A program made the position numbers and the translations under genes. From Octopus vulgaris (taxonomy: Eukaryota): 64,000 nt of DNA. The stretch spans positions 1,798,001 to 1,862,000 of the forward strand of contig OX597814.1 in assembly GCA_951406725.2 (NCBI GenBank), read 5' to 3'. The notes beneath the pieces are model-generated. The model was not told the DNA's origin and searched no databases. It saw only the letters and a program-made list of their open reading frames with translations. Each line of letters begins with the position of its first letter. Within the stretch, counting starts at the first letter, position 1. This document shows positions 11,451 to 24,232 of this stretch, piece after piece.

Positions 11451-12127
11451 CACCATACATACATGCATACATACATACATACATACATACATACATACAT
11501 ACATACATACATACATACATACATACATACACGGACACACACGTGTATGTATATATGTATGTATACACACATATATTTCCCTACCGTACTATAATGCTTA
11601 ACTTCGGCGAATATAAAAATACGCTGGTATCAAGTTCACAAAACCCCTAAGAATTGGTACCCGAACAATACGTCTTTTTACAGAAATTGTGCTCACATCA
11701 CATAACAGCATTGTGAGTTAATATATGTATGTATATACATACATATACATACATGTTTATATGCGTGTGTATACATACTCATCAACGATCCAAACGCGTG
11801 TATTTAACTCGACTTTTCCTTAACTCTAAACGTGTCCCTTTAAAAACGTCTGGGCCGCCTACCTGTGTAATGATAGCACCTGTGGTAGTACGAGTAGTGG
11901 TGATGTTGTAGTTGTTTTAGTTTTTGTATTTGTTGTTACCTATGATTGAAGCAGAAGTGGTATATTAGTTGTAGTAGTAGTAGTAGCAGTAGTAGCAGTA
12001 GTTGTAGTAGTGGTAGTGGTTGTTGTTGTGGTGGTTGTGGTGGTAGTGATAGTTGTAGCGATAGTAATAGTAGTGGTATATTAGTTGTAGGCGTTGTGGT
12101 ATTGTTGGCGATGCTGGTAGTCTTATT

Positions 12128-12191
<64 letters not shown>

Positions 12192-12241
12192 CGGCTGGCT
12201 GGTGGTGGTGGCGGTGGTAATGGTGACGATGGTAGGGTTGG

Positions 12242-12292
<51 letters not shown>

Positions 12293-12800
12293 ACCACTGC
12301 TGCTATGCTGCTACAAATAGGAGTAGGAGTAGTAGGAGCGGTAGTGGTAGTAGTTCTAATGGTGGTGGTATTTGTTGGTGTAGCGAAATGTTATGGTTAG
12401 GGTTAATGTTTTTGTTGCGTTTCAAACTGAAAGCAATCCTCTCCGATTTACGGAGAAGTGGACACCATGGTGCCAAACCTGATCGGATCTGTGGGGGCAG
12501 AGTAACTTTAGACGGTCTAATGGAAGGCGGTGGAGTGGTGGTGGCCTTGGCGTTAGTGTTGTTGTTGGTGGTGGTCGTTGTCATGTAAGGAAAGACGGGT
12601 GCTATGTTGGTGGTAGTGGCGTCAGTAGTAGTTGTAATCTATGTATATATATATATATATAGATATACATAGGTGTGGTGGTGGGTTTGGTGGTGCTGAT
12701 GTTTAGAGTGTTGGTGGTAGTGGTAGTGGTCGTAATGGTGGTATTGGTGGCGGTGGAGACGGTGGTGCTTGTGATGGGGATGACGGCGTTTGGGGCTGTA

Positions 12801-13014
12801 CAGTAATCCCTCAACTATCGCGGGTGTTAGGTTCCAAAACCACCCACAGGAATAATTAAAATCTAAAAATAAAAAAATATATAAATACCTAACGGCCGCG
12901 ATAACCCGCGATATACTGAGGAATCCGGGATATAAGTTTACATATATTAGCCAGAAAAATCCACGATGTACTGAGCGCGCAATAGGTGAACCGCGATATG
13001 ACGAGAGGTTACTG
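12801..13014. mobile_element. pogo/Tigger-like MITE
   Basis: TA|cagtaatccctcaactatcgcgg ... ccgcgatatgacgagaggttactg imperfect TIRs beginning CAGT. Confidence 0.7.
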
Positions 13015-13310
13015 GAATGGTGTTGGTGGTGGTGGTGGTGGTTGTAGTGTTTGAGGTGGTGGCGCTAGTAACATTAGTGGTGGTGTTAGTGGTTGTGGTG
13101 TTAACAGTGCTTCTTTCGGATTCCGTATTCTCAATAACTTCGAAGTCTTTAGCAGAAATAAGTGAACGGTTGTGTAATGCTGTAAGTTTGAGTAGCGATA
13201 TGTGAGTGCAACTCACTGTGGTTTGAATAATAGAATGTGAGTGCACATTATATTGAGTTTCGCTCTATTTGAGATCATTATCGCTAGTTCAATACTTCTG
13301 TATCTACTAA

Positions 13311-13708
13311 GGCGGCGAGATGGCAGAAACGTTAGCACGCCGGGCGAAATGCTTAGCGGTATTTCGTCTGCCGTTACGTTCTGAGTTCAAATTCCGCCGA
13401 GGTCGACTTTGCCTCTCATCCTTTCGGGGTCGATAAATAAAGTACCAGTTACGCACTGGGGTCGATGTAATCGACTTAATCCGTTTGTCTGTCCTTGTTC
13501 GTCCTCTCTGTGTTTAGCCCCTTGTGGGTAGTAAAGAAATAGGTATTTCGTCTGCCGTTACGTTCTGAGCTCAAATTCCGCCGAGGTCGACTTTGCCTTT
13601 GATCCTTTCGGGGTAGTTAAAATACATACCTGTTGAACACTGGGGTCGATGTTATCGACTTATTCCGTCCCCCTAAGATTGCTAGCCTTGTACCAAAATT
13701 TCAAACCA
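13311..13708 (+). mobile_element. SINE family B, dimeric copy
   Basis: Head ggcggcgagatggcagaaacgttagc, B-box gagttcaaattcc, core ttcatcctttcggggtcgataaa..agtaccag present twice with different tails. Confidence 0.9.
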
Positions 13709-14084
13709 ATATTTCCGTACCAGCTGATTGCTTTACCAGGTGTCCAAGGCAAAGGATTTTGTTATCAAACCAATGGTTCAATGGTTCCTTGTTTGGTTCC
13801 TGTTTTTATTTTTTCATCAAATTCTCCCATCTCAGTCATTTAAAATATAATTATATTTCTCACTGGTCATTAATCAATACTTGTTTGTAAAACTAATTGA
13901 TTTATCGAGTTTATGAAAAAGCTTCTCTCAGGTCACCAAATTTAACAGGCATATGTCCGTCGAATTACACCTCACAATGTTGAAAAGGCAGGAACGCATT
14001 AGACAATATAGTCCTGGATAGACAATGCCCTGTAGACTAGAGGGAATAGTAGGGATGAAATACTCTTGATCATAAGACAGGGCT

Positions 14085-14239
14085 GGCTGTGAGGTAAGAA
14101 ACTTGTTTTCCAACTACATGGTTCTAAGTTCAGTCCCACTGCATGGCACGTTTGGCAAGTGTCTTCTACTGTAGCCTCGGGCCGACCGGCCAAAGCCTTG
14201 TGAGTAGATTTGATAGACGGAAACTGGAAGAAGCCCATC

Positions 14240-14241
<2 letters not shown>
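14085..14241 (+). mobile_element. SINE-A 5' half
   Basis: A head ending at the internal (TA)n. Confidence 0.85.
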
Positions 14242-14279
<38 letters not shown>

Positions 14280-14299
14280 CGTCATGATTGACTGCTAGC

Positions 14300-14454
14300 T
14301 CCAAAAGTTTTTTTATTCTCTCTGTTCCTTTCTGTTGAAGAGCGTAGGTTCGAATCGTAAAAGACTTTCTCACTTTCCCGAGCGTCAAACTAATACACCT
14401 GTTTGTTGTTTACACACCTGTCTTCGTCTTTTGTCTTTTTCTATAAATTTCAAT

Positions 14455-14455
<1 letters not shown>
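14300..14455 (+). mobile_element. ~150-200-bp hammerhead-bearing repeat (family H)
   Basis: Homologous to 54240-54442 and 59232-59385(-); motif at 14328-14363 (mutated GAAT). Confidence 0.75.
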
Positions 14456-14531
<76 letters not shown>

Positions 14532-14699
14532 TGTGTATGTATGTGTGTGTGCATATCTCAACGTATTTGCTAAAATAGTGCAGACAGAATCCTTGAATAC
14601 ACACCAATCTATTCTGTTTAACACAAACTACTTAATAGCGATTGAACTACACCGATTGCTTTTTAGTCAATGATAATATTGGGAGATAATCGGATAAAA

Positions 14700-15400
14700 C
14701 TTTCGATTTTTCATGGTCAGAAATATCTTTCAACAGGTGATCAAACTTACTGAATTTCAAATGAGATCTTCTGTGAGTGTTCAGAATGCATAGTCAAACA
14801 AGGTCTACGACCTCGGGTTCCATCGTAACTTCCCATAGAGACGATGACTCTCGGGCCATGTCATCTTTCTTTCCTGTAAGAACATGGTTGTTCTAACATC
14901 AAGCTGGCTAATCCTTGGCATTATCTCCTGATGTTCCAGAGCTTTTATCGGAGGAGGTATTTCAATGAAGTAGATATCTTTTCGATTTCAGAATTGACAA
15001 ATTTAAGAATACTTACTCTGTCTATGTCACCCTTTTCAGGGTATATCCGCTTACATTTATGACTGCAGAAAATAATTTAACTTCTGATCTTTAAGAATAC
15101 CGTAGGTAGGCTGCCTGACGATGCTCTCAAAGCAATCTTTCACTTTTAGCTGAGTAGGTTTCTACTCTTCAGTGTTATGAAATCAGCGAAGCTTGATTTC
15201 AAGTGCATTTCGGTTATGTTGTTACGTAAGACTCTGTTATGTGTTGAGATCCAAGGCTTATATATTCTTTATTTTATTTTCAAGAATGTTTTCGGCAAGG
15301 AATTGTTTAAAAATGTGTAATGCGATTGTTTAAAGTATTTAAGGAAGTGTTTGCTTGGCGCCAGGAAGTTACTGTTTGAATGGCCAGTCGTGATTTTACA
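14700..15400 (-). pseudogene. Penelope-like element reverse transcriptase fossil
   Basis: Frameshifted minus-strand motifs in the expected order: LRNNITE, ILKDQK, CKRIYPEKGDIDRVS (cf. CRLINPAKSEIGRIS), KFVNSEIEK (cf. FIQFDI), VSMGSYDG.EVVDLV (cf. VTMGSYDGAEVCELV). Confidence 0.75.
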
Positions 15401-15523
15401 TTTGAGAAACATTAAGTAATGTAACAACTTGTTAATACACACACACACAAACACACACACACACACACACACCACACACACACACATACACACACACACA
15501 CACTCAACAGTCTTTCAGTCTCT

Positions 15524-15524
<1 letters not shown>

Positions 15525-15562
<38 letters not shown>

Positions 15563-15623
15563 GTCTGTCTGTCTATCTATCTATCTGCCTACCTACCTAT
15601 CTGTCTATCTATCTATTTGTCTG

Positions 15624-15702
<79 letters not shown>

Positions 15703-15763
15703 GTCTATCTATCTATCTATCTATCTGCCTATCTACCTATCTGTCTATCTATCTATTTGTCTG

Positions 15764-15846
<83 letters not shown>

Positions 15847-15857
15847 GTCTGTCTATC
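15525..15857. repeat. (TCTA)n/(TCTG)n microsatellite
   Basis: Source of the SIYL-repeat ORFs. Confidence 0.97.
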
Positions 15858-15974
15858 TTTCCCCCCACACTGTACTCTTCCCTTTCCTCTCACTACTCCT
15901 CTCGCTATGTCCTCCTCTACCTGCACCTCCAGTTACACAATATAATATCCACTACCATAGTAATAATTTAATTC

Positions 15975-16190
15975 AGCCAACATGTAAGCATCTGCGTGTG
16001 GTCACAGCATTCGCTAGAAGTAGTGGGCACAACTCCCTCAAATCACATGTTACTGCTTTAGAAAAAAATACGCTGAATAATGTTTTTTGCCTTTCTTACG
16101 AACAGGGAAAAGACAGGATGGTCGCAGGTAGAATGTGTTTGGCCATAGACCTGCCGTCCAGCTCTGACCAGAGGCTAAATAAACAACAAC
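15975..16190 (+). mobile_element. Old retroposon 3' portion with (AAC)n tail
   Basis: gacaggatggtcgcaggtagaatg..ctgaccagaggctaaataaacaac; related to the units at 32930-33360 (-). Confidence 0.55.
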
Positions 16191-16243
16191 AATAACAACA
16201 ACAACAACAACAACAACAGCAGCAGCAGCAGCAGCAACAGTGG

Positions 16244-16600
16244 AGGAGCAATGGCCCAATGGTTAGGGTAGTGGACTCATTGTGTGTGTTTATTGAGCGA
16301 AAACACCTAAAGTTCCACGAGCCTCCGGCAGGGGGGGGGGCGACCCCTGTTCTACTCTTTCGTCCCAACTTTCTCTCACTCTTTCTTTCGGTTTCTTGTC
16401 CCCGACTTCCTACGCAACCGCTGAGCCTGGATGCGTATTCATCCATCCGTCGATGCTCTCGGTGTCGGGGGGTGGGGGTTGACCTGCTTTCTCTTCTGCG
16501 GGTCTTACGAATAGCAAAGGACCACGTTTCGGACTTCTCCCACTACAGACAATCCTGAGGCGCGATCTTGCGAGCTCTGGGACGAAGACCGCTTCGCTCA
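16244..16600 (+). mobile_element. SINE-like element (family F)
   Basis: A-box-like tggcccaatggttagg head, GC-rich body, (AAAC)n tail; single copy here. Confidence 0.5.
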
Positions 16601-17287
16601 ACAAACAAACCAACCAACCAATAAACAAACAGCAACAGCAACAACACCAACAATCTCAGGTAGAATCGAACTTCTGGAGTCTGTTTTTACAGACATTCTT
16701 AGTTTCTTAATTCGAAACAAAAACAAGTCATTGCTTTGTAGATTCTCACTGGCCATTCTTCGGTTGGAATCTTCACAAGATAAAAAGGCAATACAAAATC
16801 TAGTGAAGGTTCTTAGTAAATTCTGGTTTGGTCTGGAATGGTTCGGTCGTGCCTAGATTGGTTCGGTCTCATCACTATCTCAGCTTGATTTAATCTACTC
16901 AATCCAATTTTAATCTTAAACGAGAGATATCATTTGTTTGTGTGTGTATATATATATGTATATATGTATATGTATGTGTATGTGTTTGTATATAAGTGTG
17001 TGCGATTCTTATGTGTATATGTGTATAGCGCATCAGCGTATGTGCGTGCATGGTTGTGCGAATGTATACACATATTGTGAAAGAATGATTATGGTATGTT
17101 TATGTGTGTATTTTTCCCAGAGTGTTTTCGCGAATGCACACGCACATATGCGGATGTGTGTATTTAGTGTAGGTAGGTGTATGTATACGCGTGTGTGTGT
17201 GTGTGTGCCAGTGTGTTATATAAATTATACATACACACATGCACACACACACACACACAATGTTTAGATGTGTATTTAGATGTACAA

Positions 17288-17402
<115 letters not shown>

Positions 17403-18108
17403 TACATATATGTATACATATATACATATATATATATATACATATATACATATATACTTTTATGTATGCATATATATATATGCATATATATATATTGTTA
17501 TAGGTATATGTATAAAAGTGTGTGCATGTATGTATGTGCTTGTGTGTGTGTGTGTGTGTTTGCGTGTATGTGTGTGTGTGGATGTCGTTTTGCTGGTTGC
17601 GTCGGTGTGACACAATGGAAATACCTCGAGGGCAAACCTGTAGTTGTTTTGAAACTGCAACAAAAGCCGTTGTAGTTGAGAGTTTCCGTTCTAACGGCTT
17701 AGAACGATAATAGCTCCAAGAGATAAGTTTAATATTCCGTCACGAAAACCAAACACCAAAAAGAAAAAAGAAAAGAAAAGCCAAAAGAAAGAAACAAACA
17801 AAAAACCCCCTCCAAAAACAGCCAAACTGAAGCACTGCCTCTTCAGTTCTTCAGCTCTTCTTAAAACACAGATAAAACGATGACGAGAGAAAATCTTTGC
17901 TTTGCAGATTAGCAACGCTTTCCATCACAAACCGCTAAACATAGCGACTGTTACCAGCGCTGATGATGATGATGATGATGACGCTGATGCTGATGCTGCT
18001 GATGTGGCCGCTGCGGCGTTGTTGTTGTTGTTGCTGTAGCTGTTGTAGCGGGTGTTGTTGTTGTTGTAGTAGCTGTTATTGTTGTTGTTGTTGTTGTTGC
18101 CGCCGCCG

Positions 18109-18175
<67 letters not shown>

Positions 18176-18205
18176 TACTACCACTACTTCTACTACTACT
18201 ACTGC

Positions 18206-18259
<54 letters not shown>

Positions 18260-18312
18260 AATTCTCCAAACCCCAAAGAATTCCTCTCAACACATGGCTA
18301 TGATGCTTCCCC
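18260..18312 (-). mobile_element. Element E internal fragment next to (ATT)n
   Basis: aaaccccaaagaattcctctcaacacatggctatgatgct matches E. Confidence 0.8.
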
Positions 18313-18778
18313 ACGGCTTCCACTAGCTGCCACTGTTGTTGTTGTTAAGCAACCAGACAGGTAAGGGTGATTAGGTAATGGTTTAGGGCTTAGGGGCGGG
18401 AGACTACAGACCTTGGAAAAAAAAACTTTGGTCGTCCTGTTGTAGTCGAGGGCTCTTCGTTGACGCCCGACACCACTGGGAGGTGGCCCTCGAAGTCGCT
18501 GGAAATGGAGATCTCCAGGACCAAATTCTTGAACGGTTGCTGCAGCTGCTGAAATTGTAAACGACAAATTATATCAACAATTTGGACACCCCCCCCCCGA
18601 AAAAAAACTAGCAAAAAACAAACAAGGGAACGTGGTTTCCTCGGTTCGAACAAGGAAGATCTGATACCTCTCTCATTAGTGATTTAATAAAATATGTATA
18701 TTTATCAGTTATTTATTCATTATTTTATTAAAACATTCATCAAGACTTTCGTATGATTATTATAATATTTAATTACTG

Positions 18779-18982
18779 AGCTAGCCGAATCGTTAGCGCG
18801 CCGGACGAAATGCTTAGCAGTATTTCGTCCGTCTTTACGTTCTAAGTTCAAATTCCACCGAGGTCGACTTTGCCTTTCATCCTTTCGGGGTCGATAAAAT
18901 AAGCACCAGTGAAACATTGGGGTCGATATAATCGACTTTACCCATCCACAAATTTCAGGCCTTGTAACTATAATTGAAAAGA
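18779..18982 (+). mobile_element. SINE-B monomer
   Basis: Head, core and aaatttcaggccttgt tail. Confidence 0.88.
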
Positions 18983-18999
18983 TTATTATTATAATTATT

Positions 19000-19741
19000 A
19001 TTTTTTCCTTTTTTCTTCAAATTTTCTTCCGTTTCTCGCCGAGTATTTTCCGTACACTTAGGGCAGAGAAGCTCATTGTATGCATTCCCAGATTCGCAAA
19101 GTCACAGGTAAAATATGTATTTAAAAAAATTAATAAATAAATAAATTCATGGATGGATGTTATTTTCACAGCGATAATGCTCTTCTCAATACATGAGCCG
19201 TTCCAGTTAATACGATTTTTTGCACTTCCTGTAGGGATGGTAAGCCTGTAATCATTTTCAAATAGGTTTCAGTACCTTTTTTTATCATTCCTAGAGATCC
19301 TACAATCACTGGTATTGTAGTCGCCTTGAGATGCCACATTTTTTCAATTTCTATTAGCAAGTCTTTATATTTACTGATCTTGCCAAATTCTTTCGCCGCT
19401 ATATTGTGATCACAGGGAATACTCATGTCAATTAATAAACACACCTTTTTTGTCTGATCTTTTATAATAATTCGGAGTACTTGGTGATTTTTTTCAATCT
19501 CTTTACTCTCAACATTCATGTCATTTGGTATGGCTACAGCAGTGATCTGACCGTATTGGTCTCTCTTATTCAATATGACAATATCCGGCCGACGGTATTC
19601 GATTACACGATCCGTCTGAAAAATCATAGTCCCAGAGTATCGTTACTTTTCCATCCTCCAGCACAACTTTACTTGGTACATGCTCATACCAGTTCTCTCT
19701 TATTTCATATTGGTATTTATGGCATAGGAGCCAATGAAGAT
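19000..19741 (-). mobile_element. R4/Dong-like RLE 3' fragment (two fused subfamily pieces)
   Basis: LHWLLC..NWYEH..RRPDIVIL then IIIKD..IDMSIP..KYKDL..IPVIVGSLG..LRRALSL*; AAT-like tail near 18985. Confidence 0.9.
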
Positions 19742-19824
19742 ACACACACACACACACACACACACTTTATCGTGGAGCATATATATTCTTTTTGTGGTGG
19801 TGGTGGTGGTGGTGGTGGTGAGGG

Positions 19825-19859
<35 letters not shown>

Positions 19860-19983
19860 GGGATATTCTCTTAGTTATGGTCAAAGTCAAAAAGAAGTAC
19901 AAACCCACAGATATACATGAAACATAAAAGAAAAAAAAAGAAAGACAACTTAGAAATAAGATGACGAAAGAAGCGGTATCACG

Positions 19984-20079
19984 AAGAAGAAGAAGAAGAA
20001 GAAGAAGAAGAAGAAGAAGAAGAAGAAGAAGAAGAAGAAGAAGAAGAAGAAGAAGAAGAAGAAGAAGAAGAAGAAGAAG

Positions 20080-20108
<29 letters not shown>
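19984..20108. repeat. (GAA)n microsatellite
   Basis: Pure gaa run. Confidence 0.98.
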
Positions 20109-20111
<3 letters not shown>

Positions 20112-20245
20112 GAAAAAATTAAACAAGAAAAATAAAAATGAAAAAGAAAAAATAAACAAAATAATCAAGAAGATAAGAATTTCAATCAGATCTGGAAGAA
20201 CGGAGCGGAATTAAATTAAACACAGTATATTAATTAGTGCGTTAA

Positions 20246-20433
20246 AGCAGCGTGTTGGCAGAATGGTTAGCACGCCGGACAAAGTTCTGAGTTCAAATTC
20301 CGCTGAGGTCGACTTTGTCTTTCATCCTTTCGGGGTCGATGAAATAAGTACCAGTTACATGCTGGGGTCGACATAATCGACTCATCCTTCCCGTCTCCCA
20401 CAAAACTGTTAGCCTTGTACGAAAATTCGAAAC
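20246..20433 (+). mobile_element. SINE-B monomer with head deletion
   Basis: B core and tail present. Confidence 0.85.
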
Positions 20434-21084
20434 CAATATATTAATTAATATATTGGAACGGTGGATTGGTCCAGTCGGTAGAGTGGAGTTTAGTAAATGC
20501 ATTGACTTTCTACGTTCAAATGCCATTGAAGTCAACTTTGATCTTATTCTTGCAGGGACAATGAAGTATCAAGCATGAACTTGAATCGATTTAATAGACT
20601 TAAAACCTTCTCAAAACACTTGAATCTCTGGTAATTTCATAAATGAATTTTAACTCATTAACATACATATTACACATTGTTATAGTGCATTGTTGTGTCA
20701 TTCCAAAAATTTTATTCTTTAGAAACAATACACAATGCTTCAAGCGAATTACAATACTCTCCTATCTCTACGCTTGGGCCAGGCCAAGTTCGCAACCGCT
20801 AGGGAGTTGATCAAGCTATCTGAGAAACGTGCTAAAATCGGATGCCAAAATAAACTTTCCTCCGTGGAAAACCGATTATAGCAGCGACTCCATCAATTCC
20901 TAGGGATATCTTATGAAGGAATTTTTATTCCAAAATATCATATCAGACATTGTTTGTATTATTGTGCATTGTTGTGTCATTCAAAATATTTCATTCTTTA
21001 AATTATTATTAATATTTTGAAAACTAGAAAATTATTCGTCATATGGTAGGGAAATTTAGAAGAATATTTTTGTCCCCATGGATG

Positions 21085-21330
21085 TGTGCTGTGTTCCTGA
21101 GCACGACACTATTTCCCGTTGCTCCAGGTCCCTCAACCATAGAAATGAGGTTCGACGTCACTGGGTCCAACTTGTATCGGCCTTTCCATTGGCCAATATA
21201 GGTGGAGAGAGGGGCCGGGTGTGCATGGGCGATTACTGGTCTTTCACAAAAAACCTTGCCCAGACTTGTGTCTCAGAAGGTAACATTCTAGGTGCAATCT
21301 CATGGCTATTCCTTGCTGAAGAGGATCTCA
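21085..21330 (+). mobile_element. SINE-D, degenerate
   Basis: Reverse-complement homology to 11152-11380. Confidence 0.7.
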
Positions 21331-21419
21331 AAATATAGACATGATGAAGATTTTAGAAAACTAAGAATAATTTTTTTTACACGTGCTGTGTGAAGGTGAA
21401 TTGTTCAGCGTTTGCTTTC

Positions 21420-21612
21420 CTGTTTCAATCATTAGACTGCAGTCACACACGGGCACCATCTTGAAGAATTTTAGTCGAGCGAATCCAGCCCAGTACTTAC
21501 TGTTTCCTTAAGTACTTAATTTTGTTGAACCGTTAAGTTCCAGCGACGTAAACACACAAACACCGGCAGTCAAGGGGTGATGGGAGCCAAACAGACAGAA
21601 AGACTCACAAAC
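21420..21612 (-). mobile_element. SINE-A 3' half, degenerate
   Basis: tgtttcaatcattagactgcagtca.. tail homology. Confidence 0.7.
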
Positions 21613-21682
<70 letters not shown>

Positions 21683-22412
21683 ATATATATATATGCATAT
21701 ATGTATATACGATACACACGCACACGCATACATTTATCAAGTGCTTGCTCTAGTATGTATGAAATGCAAATTATACATTCATAAATTCTTCATACATCAT
21801 CTCCCTTCCCTCACATATAATTGCAAATGCGCTCAGATATTACAAAACACACAAGTACACACACACACACACACACACACTTTTGCACACACATCACCTT
21901 GGTTTAGTAGATTTATTTAGAAATATTTCTGTAACAGAACTACTTACTAAACTAATTTCTGTCATATCCTATAGATATAATCAGTGCTATGAATCTGAGG
22001 GAGATAGCACATTGAAGGAAATGAACTCCTCTTCTATCTGCCATTGAACTGTCAACAACGATCAACGTCATTTCGCTGCTCACTTGCCCACACAGCTGTT
22101 GCGCAGATCAAGAAAATTAGTTAATGTAGCTGTTTTGTACTTGAAGACATCATCAACGACCGATGGAAGAAAAAAAAGAGCAAAGGAATGTGGGATTCTT
22201 TTCTTTTAAAGCCAATATCGTGGGCTGAAGAACAATGCCGAAAGCATATTCTACTCTAAGAACAACAGCAGCAACAACAACAACAACGACAGTGGAGTAG
22301 TAGTAGTAGTAGCAGTAGTAAAAGTAAGACACGGCGTTTGAAGTGGATGAAGAGGAACTGTAGCAATGATAATTGTTGAGGAAGGTGGATGTGAAACATA
22401 ACGAAGACACGT

Positions 22413-22494
<82 letters not shown>

Positions 22495-22645
22495 TGTAGC
22501 AGCAGCAGCGGCAGTGCTAGGTGTCGGAGCAACATCAGTTATTGTACTGCTGTTATAATAAATATTATAATTTGTTTATATATAATCATCTAAGTACATA
22601 AATATACACTATTATATATATGTATATATATATATATATATATAG

Positions 22646-22896
22646 GCGCAGGAGTGGCGGTGTGGTCAGTAGCTTGCTTACTAACTATAGCCTCGGGCCG
22701 AACAAAGCTTTGTGTGTGGATTTGTGTACCGTTGGCGATTTTTTTTCCTCTGTCTTCCCTTCTCTCGATCTTTCCTTCTCCTATGTTTCCGACGAAGAGC
22801 TCCTTCTTCCCTTCTTTCCTGAGCGTCCAATAATACTATATTTGTTCCACGTCCTCGCGTTGTTCTGTTTTTTTCTGTGTTTTCTTGTTTGAATTA

Positions 22897-22900
<4 letters not shown>
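22646..22900 (+). mobile_element. SINE-A head fragment fused to an H-related repeat
   Basis: A head 22646-22723; then ttCCGACGAagagc.. and ttcctgagcgtccaataatac resembling family H; ends at (TA)n. Confidence 0.6.
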
Positions 22901-22940
<40 letters not shown>

Positions 22941-23025
22941 TAGATAAACTTAGATATGTTTCGACCAATGATTGGTCCAGGCCATATCTAACTTAATAGC
23001 ACCACCTGATAGGATTATTCGAATC

Positions 23026-23080
<55 letters not shown>

Positions 23081-23224
23081 CAAAATATTCTATAATTATA
23101 TTAATAATTATAATGAGGGTTCAGCTAATTGCTTCGCCACGTACCGAATTAGAAATAGACGCTAATGTCTTTTCAACTACCATTAATATCTCCGATTTAC
23201 TATTATTATTAAAATTATGTACAA

Positions 23225-23267
<43 letters not shown>

Positions 23268-23591
23268 AATACATGCATATATAAATGAATATAAATATAC
23301 GAATATAAATATTCGTTTCGATATTTATGATTTCAGAGTCGTTCAGTGAAGTAGAGTTAACACTTCACCTGGATAAGATATCGTTTATCGCAAAGTACTC
23401 TTCCAGAATATTTAGAGACCATTCTTCAGGGTCAAAGGAATTGAGGGCAGATATATAAAAGACCTGGGACACATACGTAACCATATACAGAAACACGCAT
23501 GTCTGTATATGTATTCACACTTGCTTACGTACGTGTGTGTGTGTACTGGAGTATATATATGTAGAGGTATGTTTTGAGGTATGTGTGTATG

Positions 23592-23632
<41 letters not shown>

Positions 23633-24232
23633 CTTTGTTTGCGTGAGTGTGTGTGTGGTCTTTCATAACAGCAGGTTAACACCTTAGCAGCAGCTGCGCT
23701 TTATCTGTCAAACAAAACTGTCAAATTCTTTACTCGGGTAGAGTTGCAATTTTCACTTTTCAGAACATTCTGAATACCAAATTGGCTCTGACACTTTATT
23801 GGCACTCATGCATATACATATATGTGTGATTGGATGTGTGTGTGTGTGTGTGTGTGTGCGTGTGTGTGTGTGTGTGCGTGAGTGTGTGGGCGTGTAAGTG
23901 TGTGTATTTTTATATCAATATCTATCTATCTATCTCCATATCCCCCTCTCTTTATATATATATATTTATGCATACACACGCACACACGTACACACAGACA
24001 CACACACACACACACACACTCATGCAAACACACATGAAAAATACGATACATAACGAGTGTTGTAGCTTGCTTGAAGCATTGTGGTACAGAAGTAAAACAA
24101 AATAAAGTTGGCGGAGACCTTGGAATACAAAAGGAAAACGTTTAAAAACATTTACATATTTCAGACACAAAGGCCCCTTATCAGAAGTGAAAGGAGGTAA
24201 GTAACGTGAGTCGGTGCAGAATCGCTCATATA

